NCBI GenBank assembly: GCA_964406665.1
Contig: CAYOSQ010000001.1
Coordinates: 71,412 to 135,411, forward strand
DNA length: 64,000 bases
Source: an uncultured Planctomycetia bacterium
GTDB lineage: Bacteria > Omnitrophota > Gorgyraeia > VGKH01 > JBHPFN01
Direction of reading: 5' to 3'
Positions within the stretch are counted from its first letter, which is position 1; every line of letters begins with the position of its first letter. The position numbers and the translations under genes were made by a program. Under the pieces are notes generated by a model that saw nothing but the letters and a program-made list of their open reading frames with translations, was not told the origin of the DNA and searched no databases. This document shows positions 29,017 through 39,227 of the stretch, in pieces.

Positions 29017-30342
29017 ATGAGGTCAAGAGGATTTTCTTTACAAGAAGTTCTGATTACTATTGTTTTAGTTCTTGTTTTAGGTGGGGCAGCGTTTAAAGCA
29101 CTTGTTGTTGGCCAAAACACATTTTTTTCTAGCTCTGCTCTGCTAGACTTGCAGCAACATGCTCGTGAAGGCATAGATAGAATGACAGATGAATTACGAC
29201 ACAGCGCATCGGGAAAAGTTACAATTTATCAATGTCCTTCAGAAGTATGTGAGGGTGGCGCTATAGCATTTCAGGTTCCTGTAGTTACGGATGATCCTAT
29301 AGCTGGAAGCACATTTAAACCAACCGGCTTTGGTGCCGCACAGAAAAAGTGGGGGTTTGATGGAAGGGAAAGTTCTTCACCAATTATTTATTTGGCTCCT
29401 GCTGCCGGCGGTGCTTTGTCTCAATATAGTGGTAAATTAATTAGATTAACATCCAAAGATCAATATTGTGGAAATGGTATCTGTGAGACCGGAGAAACAA
29501 TAGCTTGTTGTCCTGATTGTAGTTTTGTTTCTGGTGATGGAGTATGTTGTTCTAATTTAGGAGAACGCTCTTGGAATTCTAGCGATTGCGGGGCTTGTTT
29601 TCTTAAAGAGACGCCCATACAGATGGCAGATGGAACTTCAAAAAATATTGAAGATATAAAAATTGGTGATATGGTATTATCTTTTGATGAGCAGGAAAAG
29701 AAGTTAGTGGCTGACGAAGTAAAAAACGTTGCTAAACAAAAAGCAGATAATTATATTATAATAAATGGCCATTTAAGGGTTACACCCAATCATCCGTTTT
29801 ATAGTAATGGTCGATGGATGCCCATAGGAGATCTACAAGTAGGAGATGTTATTTTTACTTCACAAGCCAAAGAAGAGCTTATTACGGAAATTGTAAAAGT
29901 TGAAGATACTGTTGAAGTATATGATATAGAAGTTAATCCATATCATAATTATTTTGCCGGAGGCTATCTAGTGCACAATAAGGAGGTATTGCCAGAAATA
30001 CCACCAGTTATGGAAGGTGGCGGTTCGTTTGAAATACCTGGCGGGCGCAGTTGGCTAGGGCCTCGTTTGTTTCTAGGCATAGCCTTTGCTCAGGAAGTTT
30101 CTCCTTTAGCACCAAATATAGATATGTATGATACATTGCCTGCGCTTGACAGTATATCTAATTATGATATTAAGATTCTTGCAGAAGACGTTAGAGGGGT
30201 TTATTTTCTTGGTACGCCCCTTCCGCCGGATAAGCCAAACACCGTAACAGTATTTGTGGATATGTATAAAGAGATTTTTGGCGGCGGTGACGTGCAGACA
30301 CATTTATCAACAGAGATGAAGTTAAGAAATCTTAGTTTGTAA
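29017..30342 (+). CDS. PilW/PulJ-like type IV minor pilin with Cys-rich module and inserted Hint domain
   Basis: Class III signal RG-FSLQEVLITIVL; CGNGICE repeats; Hint CFLKETPI...YLVHN; C-terminal ILAEDV...LSTEMKLRN pilin strands. Confidence 0.8.
   Translation: MRSRGFSLQEVLITIVLVLVLGGAAFKALVVGQNTFFSSSALLDLQQHAREGIDRMTDELRHSASGKVTIYQCPSEVCEGGAIAFQVPVVTDDPIAGSTFKPTGFGAAQKKWGFDGRESSSPIIYLAPAAGGALSQYSGKLIRLTSKDQYCGNGICETGETIACCPDCSFVSGDGVCCSNLGERSWNSSDCGACFLKETPIQMADGTSKNIEDIKIGDMVLSFDEQEKKLVADEVKNVAKQKADNYIIINGHLRVTPNHPFYSNGRWMPIGDLQVGDVIFTSQAKEELITEIVKVEDTVEVYDIEVNPYHNYFAGGYLVHNKEVLPEIPPVMEGGGSFEIPGGRSWLGPRLFLGIAFAQEVSPLAPNIDMYDTLPALDSISNYDIKILAEDVRGVYFLGTPLPPDKPNTVTVFVDMYKEIFGGGDVQTHLSTEMKLRNLSL
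29596..29979 (+). other. Hint (intein-like) domain, 128 aa, inside the pilin
   Basis: Block A CFLKETPIQMADG, block B TPNHPF, blocks F/G VYDIEV.PYHNYFAGGYLVHN; +1 residue is Lys. Confidence 0.85.
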
Positions 30343-30368
30343 ACTTATATTTTTGAAGAAAGTGAGTA

Positions 30369-33140
30369 ATGATGAGAAGCTTTAGGCTTAACAACAAGGG
30401 AGCAGCTCTTCTGCTAATTTCTCTTTTATCGCTTATAATGTTAGCGGTTATCGCAGGAGTTCTGTTTTCTCGCACTGTAGGAGAAAATCTGTTGGTTAAA
30501 AATGAACAGATCAGCTTTGAAGCACAGTATGCTGCAGAACAAGGAGCGGAGGCGGTATATTTAGAGCTATTAAATGCTCCGTTTCGTTCTCGGTGGTATA
30601 CACACGAAGTTCCCAATTTTCACTTTGGAGACAATACTTTGGATCAGGCGAATCCTCCTGTCGTTTCTACGGCCGATCTCGTAGTTCCCAACACCATGAT
30701 TAATACTTTAGGAGAATATGCTTCTACTGATGGTAGCAATGTCAGCTTTATTGCTAAAATATATAATGATCCTTCTACTTTATATTCCGGAAGAGAAAAA
30801 ATTATCCTGATAAAAGGTTTTAGCAGTGATGGAAGGCGCTCAAGATTATTGGCTGTTAAGGCTTCGATGCATTCTTTATTTGAATATTTTATGTTTGCCC
30901 CAACAACAGGAATAAATTTTGAAGGCGGTACTTTTGATGCCGGCGGAGGTAAAATTCATTCCGAAGGCGGGATGCAATTTTATTCAGGTGCAGAGATTAA
31001 TAATGTAAGTCAGCTAAGCACTTCCGGCGGATCATTTTTCTACTATACGTATCCACGCAGACCACCATTATGGATTGATCCTGTTGCTGGAGTTCCGCCA
31101 CCAGGAATGTTTACAGATGCCGACGGAAGAACTTTGGCTATGCGCGAAGATACAGGATCGCCGGATGGAACCACTTGGGCAGAGATATTTGCTCTTGGGC
31201 CTGATTTTGCTCCTGAAGACTATTGGCAACAGGGGTGGTGTGGCAATGCAGAAGCATTTGAGGAGTGCTCTTTTGATGTTCAGGCAGCCACTATGTATCC
31301 TGATACAGGCGCCGAAGGTCTCTTAGAGGATAAGTTTATACACCAAAGCACTACCGGTCGCTTAATGGGAGATAGGTATGGAGCTATTTGTTATAACCCG
31401 AATGTAGGTTATGAAACCAGTTGGGATTGTGCAGAGCTCTGGGGTACATATGAGGCAGGAGCGATTTGGGATATGGTTGATCCAGATTTTGATACTGATT
31501 CTGCAAGAGTATATATGTATGATGATTATGGATCATCTACGGAATTAAACAGTAGCGCAGCTACAATACAGCCCGTAGGCGCAGATCCTGTTAAGCTTCC
31601 TAACAGGCTTTTGGATTCTCCATATAGACGACCTAAATATTATACTGATCAGAATCAAGAGGGATATCGCCGCGAAGAACATGATGGGGAGCATTATGTT
31701 TATCCTGCTAATACAGGAGCGGGGGCATATGATCCGGAGGACATGGAAGGTACTTGTTCGGGTGAGGTATGTCCAGATGTTACATATCTTAACAGTCTTA
31801 AACAGCCGGAATCTTGGTCTACATTTTTGCAAGATACCGGATTATACGGAACTGTAATGGATGCTAACACAGGCGCACCAGAAGAAGGCATTGCTCCTCC
31901 GAGAATAGACGCTGATGCATTAAGGGATCTTGCCATGCAAGATGGCATTAGGATTATTAATACTGTGGATTCTGAGGAGTGGAATGATAATCCAGAACTA
32001 TATTATGAGAATCCTGACTTTACTTTGCAAGACAACGGAAGCTACCAGGTTATAATCAAGGGGCAGATTTACATGCCAAATCCAGAAGGCAAGATTATAG
32101 TTAATATACCTGGGTTAGGTTCAGTCACTCTGTTTGAAAAAATAGGGTTTTATCGCGCAATTGATACACACTACGAACAATCTGTCAAAATCGACGTAGG
32201 TAATCTTAAGGCTGCTATGGCGGAAGATCCTGATAATTTTGCCACAGATTTAAACTTTGCTTATTCCGATTACCCAGTAGCCTTGGTAAATGGAGAAAGT
32301 CTCCCAGAGGGTGGTTGGAGTGTTGTTTCCGACGGAGCAGTTTATATAACAGGTAATTACAATACCGTTGATTATCAACCAGCTATGGTTTTAACGCCGG
32401 TTAATAAAACATATCTGCTTGGTCCGGATTACGATTTTCCTGACTATGTTCCGTATACTTTGGAGCATGTAGACGAAAACTACAATATGCCTGATGGGGA
32501 ACAGGATTGGTGGAATAATAATTATAATGATCAGAAACCATCAGAAGTTAATGAGGATATGACATATCGTGTATCGATAATAGGTTATAATGCTGCAAAA
32601 ACTACTTGGTTGCGTTGGGAAAACAGTAATGAGATTTGGAGTGATTGGAATGGAGGGCCAGATCGTCCATGGATTACGAAAGAGATCGCAGGAACTTTGT
32701 ATCGTCTGCCGTATGATCCAAGTGCTTCTCCGGGTGACGAGGATTATTATAATCGTGTATACGACTATGGAGGTGTTGGTAGAATTGCAAGAAGAAAATG
32801 TACGGGTTGCAATGGCGTAGGTCATACCATGGGTATTGTTCCTGATGGAGCCGGATATGCTGTTTGTCGAGGTTGTTCGGAATGGTGTTTTACTCCAGGA
32901 GAAGGAGTGAGTGCGACTAACATAGGCTCTTTATGTGATAATTACGATGGCCCTCAAGCCTCTACTGGTACTAACAGCACTACTTATTCTTGGGAGCCAG
33001 ATTATATGAATGGTAATTTGCCGCCCCCTGATTTAGCAGGTATGAATTTTGCTGCCTGGATGTTGCTTGCGGACACACAAGAGAATTTTAATAATCACCT
33101 AAGTGCATTGCAAAGTGAGGAAACTGAAATTATAGAATAA
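30369..33140 (+). CDS. Large PilX/GspK-like pilus-associated protein (putative adhesin)
   Basis: KGAALLLISLL N-terminus lacking Glu5; AQYAAEQG PilX-like motif; acidic, Trp/Cys-rich body. Confidence 0.6.
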   Translation: MMRSFRLNNKGAALLLISLLSLIMLAVIAGVLFSRTVGENLLVKNEQISFEAQYAAEQGAEAVYLELLNAPFRSRWYTHEVPNFHFGDNTLDQANPPVVSTADLVVPNTMINTLGEYASTDGSNVSFIAKIYNDPSTLYSGREKIILIKGFSSDGRRSRLLAVKASMHSLFEYFMFAPTTGINFEGGTFDAGGGKIHSEGGMQFYSGAEINNVSQLSTSGGSFFYYTYPRRPPLWIDPVAGVPPPGMFTDADGRTLAMREDTGSPDGTTWAEIFALGPDFAPEDYWQQGWCGNAEAFEECSFDVQAATMYPDTGAEGLLEDKFIHQSTTGRLMGDRYGAICYNPNVGYETSWDCAELWGTYEAGAIWDMVDPDFDTDSARVYMYDDYGSSTELNSSAATIQPVGADPVKLPNRLLDSPYRRPKYYTDQNQEGYRREEHDGEHYVYPANTGAGAYDPEDMEGTCSGEVCPDVTYLNSLKQPESWSTFLQDTGLYGTVMDANTGAPEEGIAPPRIDADALRDLAMQDGIRIINTVDSEEWNDNPELYYENPDFTLQDNGSYQVIIKGQIYMPNPEGKIIVNIPGLGSVTLFEKIGFYRAIDTHYEQSVKIDVGNLKAAMAEDPDNFATDLNFAYSDYPVALVNGESLPEGGWSVVSDGAVYITGNYNTVDYQPAMVLTPVNKTYLLGPDYDFPDYVPYTLEHVDENYNMPDGEQDWWNNNYNDQKPSEVNEDMTYRVSIIGYNAAKTTWLRWENSNEIWSDWNGGPDRPWITKEIAGTLYRLPYDPSASPGDEDYYNRVYDYGGVGRIARRKCTGCNGVGHTMGIVPDGAGYAVCRGCSEWCFTPGEGVSATNIGSLCDNYDGPQASTGTNSTTYSWEPDYMNGNLPPPDLAGMNFAAWMLLADTQENFNNHLSALQSEETEIIE

Positions 33141-33167
33141 TATATATTGCCAGAGACTTTTATCTAC

Positions 33168-33201
33168 GCAGCCCTTTCTTTAAAGAATGGGCTGTTTTTT
33201 T
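33168..33201 (+). terminator. Intrinsic terminator after the pilin pair
   Basis: GCAGCCC...GGGCTGT-TTTTTT. Confidence 0.7.
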
Positions 33202-33218
33202 CAGATAATATATTGCCC

Positions 33219-33355
33219 TTGACATTATTGAAATTTAATGCTATATTTCTACAAATACCTTTAAGCTGGTACTGTGAGACTGGCAAGGACAAGACATGAA
33301 AACAAAAAAACAACATTCAATAATGACCTCGAAAAACAATCGAGGTATTTTTTTG
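33219..33355 (+). promoter_or_regulatory. pyr promoter and PyrR attenuator leader
   Basis: TTGACA-N17-TATATT; PyrR binding-loop-like CCTTTAAGCTGGTACTGTGAGACTGGCAAGG; terminator ACCTCGA...TCGAGGT-ATTTTTTT. Confidence 0.7.
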
Positions 33356-33374
33356 TCCACGAAAAACTAAAATA

Positions 33375-33914
33375 ATGAAAAATAATAAAAGAATTTTAGA
33401 TAAAACCAGCATCGAGCGCACCTTAAAACGCATTGCCCATGAAATCATTGAGAAGAATAAGGGTGTTTCAGATGTTTGCTTGGTTGGGATAAGAACAAGA
33501 GGCGTGTTTCTTGCTGAGCGTCTCAAAGAATACATACAACAAATAGATAGCAAAGATGTTGCGCTAGGTGTTTTAGATATCACTCTTTACCGTGACGATT
33601 TAACCTTAGTTGCTGAACAGCCGGTTATAAGGCAGACACAAATAGACTTTGATATTACTGATAAAAAAGTTATTTTAGTCGACGATGTGTTGTATACCGG
33701 ACGTACCATAAGGTCTGCGTTAGATGCTTTAATAGACTTTGGCAGACCTAAAACTATTCAGCTTGCGGTATTGATTGACCGCGGCCATAGAGAATTGCCT
33801 ATCCGGGCGGATTACGTGGGAAAAAATATTCCTACGGCTAAGACCGATACCGTAGAGGTAAGTCTTAGGGAACAAGATGACAAAGATGAGGTTGTAATAG
33901 TTGAGCGAGAATAA
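33375..33914 (+). CDS. pyrR: PyrR attenuation regulator/UPRTase
   Basis: [36 protein letters not shown]. Confidence 0.97.
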   Translation: MKNNKRILDKTSIERTLKRIAHEIIEKNKGVSDVCLVGIRTRGVFLAERLKEYIQQIDSKDVALGVLDITLYRDDLTLVAEQPVIRQTQIDFDITDKKVILVDDVLYTGRTIRSALDALIDFGRPKTIQLAVLIDRGHRELPIRADYVGKNIPTAKTDTVEVSLREQDDKDEVVIVERE

Positions 33915-34845
33915 AACTATCTGGACAAAGAAAGATCTTATAGGTCTTAAAGAGTTAAGCGCAGAAGAAATCCTTTTGATTTTAGATACTGCTGCTTCGT
34001 TTAAAGAAATTTCTACCAGAGAAATCAAAAAGGTTCCTGCCCTAAGGGGTAAAACAGTAGTCAATCTTTTCTATGAGCCGTCTACTCGCACGCGCGTATC
34101 GTTTGAAGTTGCAGCCAAAAGATTATCCGCAGACGTTATCAATATTGCCACCGAAACATCCAGTGTTAAAAAGGGTGAAACTATAATAGATACAGGAAGA
34201 AACCTCCAAGCATTAAAAGCAGACATTATAGTTATGCGTCATAACTCTTCAGGATCTGTAGCTTTATTAGCTAAAAGTGTAGATGCAGGCGTGGTTAATG
34301 CCGGAGATGGTTGGCATGCGCATCCAACGCAAGCGCTTTTGGATATTTTTACATTAAGAGAGAAGATTGGCAATGTTAAAGGTAGGCACGTAGTTATCGT
34401 CGGAGATATTGCACATTCTAGGGTAGCGCGTTCCAACATCTGGGGATTGACCAGACTTGGTGCGACAGTAACAGTATGTGCTCCGCCACTACTAATTCCA
34501 CCGGGTGTTGAGCAAATGGGAGCGCGCATTAGCCATAATATTGATGAAGCAATTAAGGATGCCGATGCTGTTAATGTTTTACGCATGCAGTTTGAGAGAG
34601 ACGAAGGAAATGCTTTCCCTAGTCACATGGAGTATTTCAGTAAGTTTGGAATTACACAAGATAGACTGGATAAAATTAATAATGATATTATAGTTATGCA
34701 TCCCGGGCCGCTTAATCGCGGAATCGAGATATCCAGCGAAGTTGCCGATGGCCCTAACTCAGTTATTTTAGAACAAGTAACTAATGGGATTGCTGTACGC
34801 ATGGCAGTTCTATTTTTAGTTTCAAAAGGAAGCGAAAGACCGTGA
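33901..34845 (+). CDS. pyrB: Aspartate carbamoyltransferase catalytic subunit
   Basis: [22 protein letters not shown]. Confidence 0.97.
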   Translation: MSENKTIWTKKDLIGLKELSAEEILLILDTAASFKEISTREIKKVPALRGKTVVNLFYEPSTRTRVSFEVAAKRLSADVINIATETSSVKKGETIIDTGRNLQALKADIIVMRHNSSGSVALLAKSVDAGVVNAGDGWHAHPTQALLDIFTLREKIGNVKGRHVVIVGDIAHSRVARSNIWGLTRLGATVTVCAPPLLIPPGVEQMGARISHNIDEAIKDADAVNVLRMQFERDEGNAFPSHMEYFSKFGITQDRLDKINNDIIVMHPGPLNRGIEISSEVADGPNSVILEQVTNGIAVRMAVLFLVSKGSERP

Positions 34846-36122
34846 ATATTTTAATTAAAAACGGAAATATTATTGATCCCGCAAACAATACTAATGAGAC
34901 GCTGGATATTTTAATAAAAGACTCTAAGATATTTAAGCTGGATAAAAATATTCAGGCGAAAGCAGATGAGGTGATAGACGCTAAGGATAAAAAGGTAATT
35001 CCTGGTTTAGTAGATATGCATGTGCATCTTAGAGAGCCGGGAAGAGAAGATCAAGAAACCATAGCCAGTGGTACTTCGGCAGCAGTAAAAGGTGGCGTTA
35101 CTTCTGTATTGGCAATGCCCAATACCGGGATTCCTGTTGATTCTATTGATGTTGTCAAGCTGGTTAAAGGTATTATCAAGAAAGATGCTAAAGCAAATGT
35201 TTTGATTGCAGGTGCGATTACTAAAGGGCGTTTAGGCAGAAAGTTAACTGATGTTGAGCAGCTTGTCGAAGAAGGCGCAATTGCAATTACTGACGATGGT
35301 TCTTCAGTAGATGATGAGAATATTTTCTCACAGGCCTTAAAGAAAGCTAAGACAGCAAAGTTGCTAACAATTTGTCACAGTGAAGATTCTCTGCTTGCAA
35401 AAAAAGGCGTTGTAAATTTAGGCCTAGTTTCTACAATTCTTGGTTTAAGAGGCGTATCAGCAGAATCAGAATATAAAAGAATTGAAAGAGATATTGCCTT
35501 AGCTGTAAAAGCTAAGGCCAAAATTCATATAGCACACGTTAGCTGTAAAGAATCTGTAGGCGTGATTGCCAAAGCGAAAAAGAAAGGTATTAATGTAACT
35601 GCAGAAACCGCCCCTCACTATTTCTCTTTATATGACGAGCTACTTTTTGATTACAATACCGATATGAAAATAAACCCGCCGCTACGCAGCAAAGCAGATG
35701 TAGAAGCGATAAAACAAGGGTTGTGCAGTGGAGCTATAGACTGTATAGCATCAGACCATGCACCACATACAGTTGCAGAAAAAGACCGTGTGTTTGATTT
35801 AGCTCCCTTCGGAACGATTGGCCTGGAGACTGCTTTGGCAGTTGCGATTACAGAGTTGATTGATAAAGATGTTTTAAGTTGGCTTGAGCTGGTTAAAAAA
35901 ATGTCTTTAAATCCCGCAAGGATACTTAAAACAAAAAAAGGCAATCTTACTCAAGGATCAGATGCGGATATTGCAATAATTGATCCGAAAAAAGAATGGG
36001 TAGTGTCTGTGGATAATTTTGTATCTAAGTCGCACAACTCTGCTTTTCTTGGAAGGAAGCTAAAGGGAGTAGTTGAGTACACTGTTGTCGGAGGAAAAAT
36101 CGCATATAAAAACCAAAAATAA
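34842..36122 (+). CDS. pyrC: Dihydroorotase
   Basis: DMHVHLREPG, NPPLR, SDHAPH. Confidence 0.97.
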   Translation: MNILIKNGNIIDPANNTNETLDILIKDSKIFKLDKNIQAKADEVIDAKDKKVIPGLVDMHVHLREPGREDQETIASGTSAAVKGGVTSVLAMPNTGIPVDSIDVVKLVKGIIKKDAKANVLIAGAITKGRLGRKLTDVEQLVEEGAIAITDDGSSVDDENIFSQALKKAKTAKLLTICHSEDSLLAKKGVVNLGLVSTILGLRGVSAESEYKRIERDIALAVKAKAKIHIAHVSCKESVGVIAKAKKKGINVTAETAPHYFSLYDELLFDYNTDMKINPPLRSKADVEAIKQGLCSGAIDCIASDHAPHTVAEKDRVFDLAPFGTIGLETALAVAITELIDKDVLSWLELVKKMSLNPARILKTKKGNLTQGSDADIAIIDPKKEWVVSVDNFVSKSHNSAFLGRKLKGVVEYTVVGGKIAYKNQK

Positions 36123-36259
36123 GATGTCCGTAAATGCAAATATCGGTTTTTTCAAAAAAGGGTCCGGTCAAGCCGGACGTTACTTTATATTGACCAATGT
36201 AAATAAATCAATTAAACTATTATTTATCAAACACGCCAAAATATTTATAGGATAACAAT

Positions 36260-37501
36260 ATGAAATTTATCGCAGACTTCCATATTCACTCTAAATACAG
36301 TCGAGCTACCAGCAGAGACATGGATGTGAAGAATATAGCTCACTGGGCAAAGCTAAAAGGTATTCAGCTTATGGGTACAGGAGATTTTACTCATCACCTT
36401 TGGCTGGAAGAGCTCAAAAATACTCTTGAATCACAAGACAATGGCTTGTTTGTTTACGGCGGAATAAATTTTATTCTTACTGCCGAGATAAGCAGTATTT
36501 ATTCTAAGCGTGGTAAAACATATCGTATTCATAATGTTTTATTCGCACCAAGCTTTGAAGTGGTTGATAAGATAAACAACGCTCTTTCTTCCATTGGTAA
36601 TTTAGCATCTGATGGAAGACCAATTCTCGGGCTTGATGCAGAAGAGTTGGTTAGGATAGTTATGGATATATCTTCGCAGTGTTTTGTGGTGCCGGCACAT
36701 ATTTGGACACCATGGTTTAGTGCATTTGGAGCAAGTTCAGGGTTTGATAGTTTAGAGGCGTGTTTCGGTAAACAAGTAAAGCACATACACTGTTTGGAAA
36801 CAGGTCTTTCCAGCGACCCGGCGATGAACTGGCGCTTAAGTGCAATTGACCACTGCAGCTTAATAAGTAACTCTGATTCTCATTCCCCTTCAAGAATAGG
36901 TAGAGAAGCAAATGTTTTTGACTGTGAGCTTACCTACGCCGATATAACTGATACGCTCAAATCAAAAGATAAAAAAAGGTTTTTAAGTACAATAGAATTT
37001 TTCCCGGAAGAAGGAAAGTATCATTACGATGGACACAGAAACTGTAACACCCGCCTTACTCCTGAGGAATCTCTGGAAAGAAATAATATATGTCCGAAGT
37101 GTAATAAACCTTTAACCATAGGAGTGATGCATCGCGTCACAAAATTAGCTGACAGGCCTATTGGCTTTGTTCCTGATAATGCAATTCCCTATAAGAACCT
37201 TATTCCTCTGGTGGAAATAGTTGCTGATGCAAAAGGACTTGCTACTAGAACTTCTAAGGCAGTAGAACAGGAATATTATAATTTAATCGGCAGGTTTGGT
37301 ACGGAGTTAGAAATATTATTAAATGTTCCAGAGGAACAGTTGCGTAGCTCTATTTCAAGCCGTATTGCTGAGGGCATTATGCGCGTTAGGCAAGGCAAGG
37401 TGCATATTTATCCAGGCTATGATGGTGAATATGGCAAGATAGAAATATTCGGAAAAGATGAACCAGAAGATAAAGGTGAAGAACAGCTAAGCATGTTTTA
37501 A
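36260..37501 (+). CDS. Endonuclease Q-family PHP protein
   Basis: ADFHIHSKYSRATS, GTGDFTH, SNSDSHS, GKYHYDGHR.C, CPKC, PGYDGEYG. Confidence 0.85.
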   Translation: MKFIADFHIHSKYSRATSRDMDVKNIAHWAKLKGIQLMGTGDFTHHLWLEELKNTLESQDNGLFVYGGINFILTAEISSIYSKRGKTYRIHNVLFAPSFEVVDKINNALSSIGNLASDGRPILGLDAEELVRIVMDISSQCFVVPAHIWTPWFSAFGASSGFDSLEACFGKQVKHIHCLETGLSSDPAMNWRLSAIDHCSLISNSDSHSPSRIGREANVFDCELTYADITDTLKSKDKKRFLSTIEFFPEEGKYHYDGHRNCNTRLTPEESLERNNICPKCNKPLTIGVMHRVTKLADRPIGFVPDNAIPYKNLIPLVEIVADAKGLATRTSKAVEQEYYNLIGRFGTELEILLNVPEEQLRSSISSRIAEGIMRVRQGKVHIYPGYDGEYGKIEIFGKDEPEDKGEEQLSMF

Positions 37502-37547
37502 TCCGTGCCTACCAGAAAAATCTGAAATAGATGTAATTGTCAAGGAA

Positions 37548-38018
37548 ATGTCAAATCAAAAACAAATAAATGTAAGTGTAATAGGCGGTCATAAATGTTC
37601 TAATGAGGTGGAGCAGGATGCCCACAAAATAGGCATAAATATTGCAAAAGTGGGTGCTAAATTAGTATGCGGTGGGCTCAGCGGTGTTATGGAAGCTGCT
37701 GCAAAAGGAGCAAAAGAAGCCGGAGGCGTGACTATTGGAATATTGCCGGGAAGTGATAAAGCAGAAGCTAATCCGTATATTGATATAGCAATTCCGACTG
37801 CAATGGGTCATGCTAGAAATACATTAGTGGTACAGGCCGCTGATATTGTGGTTGCCTTACCCGGAGAACATGGAACTCTTTCTGAAATCGCCACAGCTCT
37901 AATTTACAAAAAGCCGGTTATAAGCTTAAATTCTTGGGATATAAAAGGAGTTATTAAAGTCACAACTGTAGAAGAAGCAATTAGGGAAATAAAAAAACAT
38001 TTAGGTAGATTTAATTAA
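37548..38018 (+). CDS. TIGR00725/LOG-family protein
   Basis: CGGLSGVMEAA, ARN, GEHGTLSE. Confidence 0.85.
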   Translation: MSNQKQINVSVIGGHKCSNEVEQDAHKIGINIAKVGAKLVCGGLSGVMEAAAKGAKEAGGVTIGILPGSDKAEANPYIDIAIPTAMGHARNTLVVQAADIVVALPGEHGTLSEIATALIYKKPVISLNSWDIKGVIKVTTVEEAIREIKKHLGRFN

Positions 38019-38021
38019 TAG

Positions 38022-38423
38022 ATGAAAAGCATTAATATTAAAACTGGTTTTCAAACAGAACTAATAGATATAACAGGTAAGGTTCAGCGCGTAATCGATG
38101 CACAAAAAAATAAAGACGGAGTTTGCTTAGTGTTTATTCCGCATACAACTGCTGGTATTACCATTAATGAAAATGCCGATCCGTCAGTACAAAAAGATAT
38201 TTTGAAAGAATTGAATAAAGTAATTCCTTTTAATGATAATTATTCTCATGCAGAAGGGAATTCTGCGGCTCATATCAAAGCTTCTCTTCTAGGCTCGTCA
38301 GTAAATATTATTATTGAGAACGGTCAGCTGAAGCTAGGTACCTGGCAGGGGATTTATTTTGCTGAATTCGACGGACCCAGAAATCGAGAGGTTTGGATAG
38401 ATGTTTACGGAGGTAAGGGATAA
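38022..38423 (+). CDS. YjbQ (UPF0047) family protein
   Basis: PHTTAGITINE, H.EGNSAAH, LGTWQGI. Confidence 0.9.
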   Translation: MKSINIKTGFQTELIDITGKVQRVIDAQKNKDGVCLVFIPHTTAGITINENADPSVQKDILKELNKVIPFNDNYSHAEGNSAAHIKASLLGSSVNIIIENGQLKLGTWQGIYFAEFDGPRNREVWIDVYGGKG

Positions 38424-38426
38424 GTT

Positions 38427-39227
38427 ATGCCAGAGTTGCCAGAGGTTGAAACCATAAGAAAGGAATTATACAGAAACGTTTTAGGTAAAACAATTAATAG
38501 GGTTATTGTTAAAAATCCAAAAGTAATCAAAGAGCCTTCTCGGGATAAGTTCGTCAGGTTTTTAAAAAATGCCAGAATTAAAAATGTAATTAGAAAAGGA
38601 AAAAGCCTTATTCTTGGTTTCTCTAACGGAAAATTTTTAACAGTGCATCTGCGCATGACAGGGCAATTGGTTTATCCGGGAGCCGAGAACAATGCACGCG
38701 TAAGTTTTAAGCTTTCTGATGGGAACACCCTGGATTATAACGACCGGCGGCTGTTGGGAGAATTGCGGCTGGTTGATGATTGGAGTAAGATGAGGTTTTT
38801 TCAGGCTCTTGGCCCTGAGATTGTAGAGCTTACGCCGAAAGCCTTCAGCCAGATGCTTTCTAAAAAAACTACCAAGATCAAGCCTTTGATTATGGATCAA
38901 TCTTTCATTGCCGGAGTAGGGAATATCTATGCGGCCGAAGCATTATTTAGAGCGAGGATTCATCCCCAGAGGTCTGCTAAGTCGTTGTCTGGTAAAGAAA
39001 AACAATTGCTTTTTAAGGAGATAAAAGATACACTAAGTGAAGCAACAAAACATAAAGGTTCATCTATAGATCAATATGTAAGGCTCTCCGGAAAAAGTGG
39101 GGGGTATGAAAAATACCATAAGGTCTATGGGAAAGAGAACGAGCCCTGCCTTAAGTGCAAAGCAAAGATTAAGCGTATTGCTTTAGGTGGCAGGGGAACA
39201 TATTTTTGTCCAAATTGTCAAAAGTGA
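38427..39227 (+). CDS. mutM: Formamidopyrimidine-DNA glycosylase
   Basis: MPELPEVE, HLRMTG, GVGNIYA, C-terminal Zn finger. Confidence 0.96.
   Translation: MPELPEVETIRKELYRNVLGKTINRVIVKNPKVIKEPSRDKFVRFLKNARIKNVIRKGKSLILGFSNGKFLTVHLRMTGQLVYPGAENNARVSFKLSDGNTLDYNDRRLLGELRLVDDWSKMRFFQALGPEIVELTPKAFSQMLSKKTTKIKPLIMDQSFIAGVGNIYAAEALFRARIHPQRSAKSLSGKEKQLLFKEIKDTLSEATKHKGSSIDQYVRLSGKSGGYEKYHKVYGKENEPCLKCKAKIKRIALGGRGTYFCPNCQK

Noticed and set aside
29596-29979. Mobile homing intein or polymorphic-toxin pretoxin Hint
   Set aside because: No endonuclease insert, the +1 residue is Lys, and there is no toxin domain or immunity gene downstream
32795-32890. c-type heme motifs in the PilX-like protein
   Set aside because: The CxxC pairs are not followed directly by His
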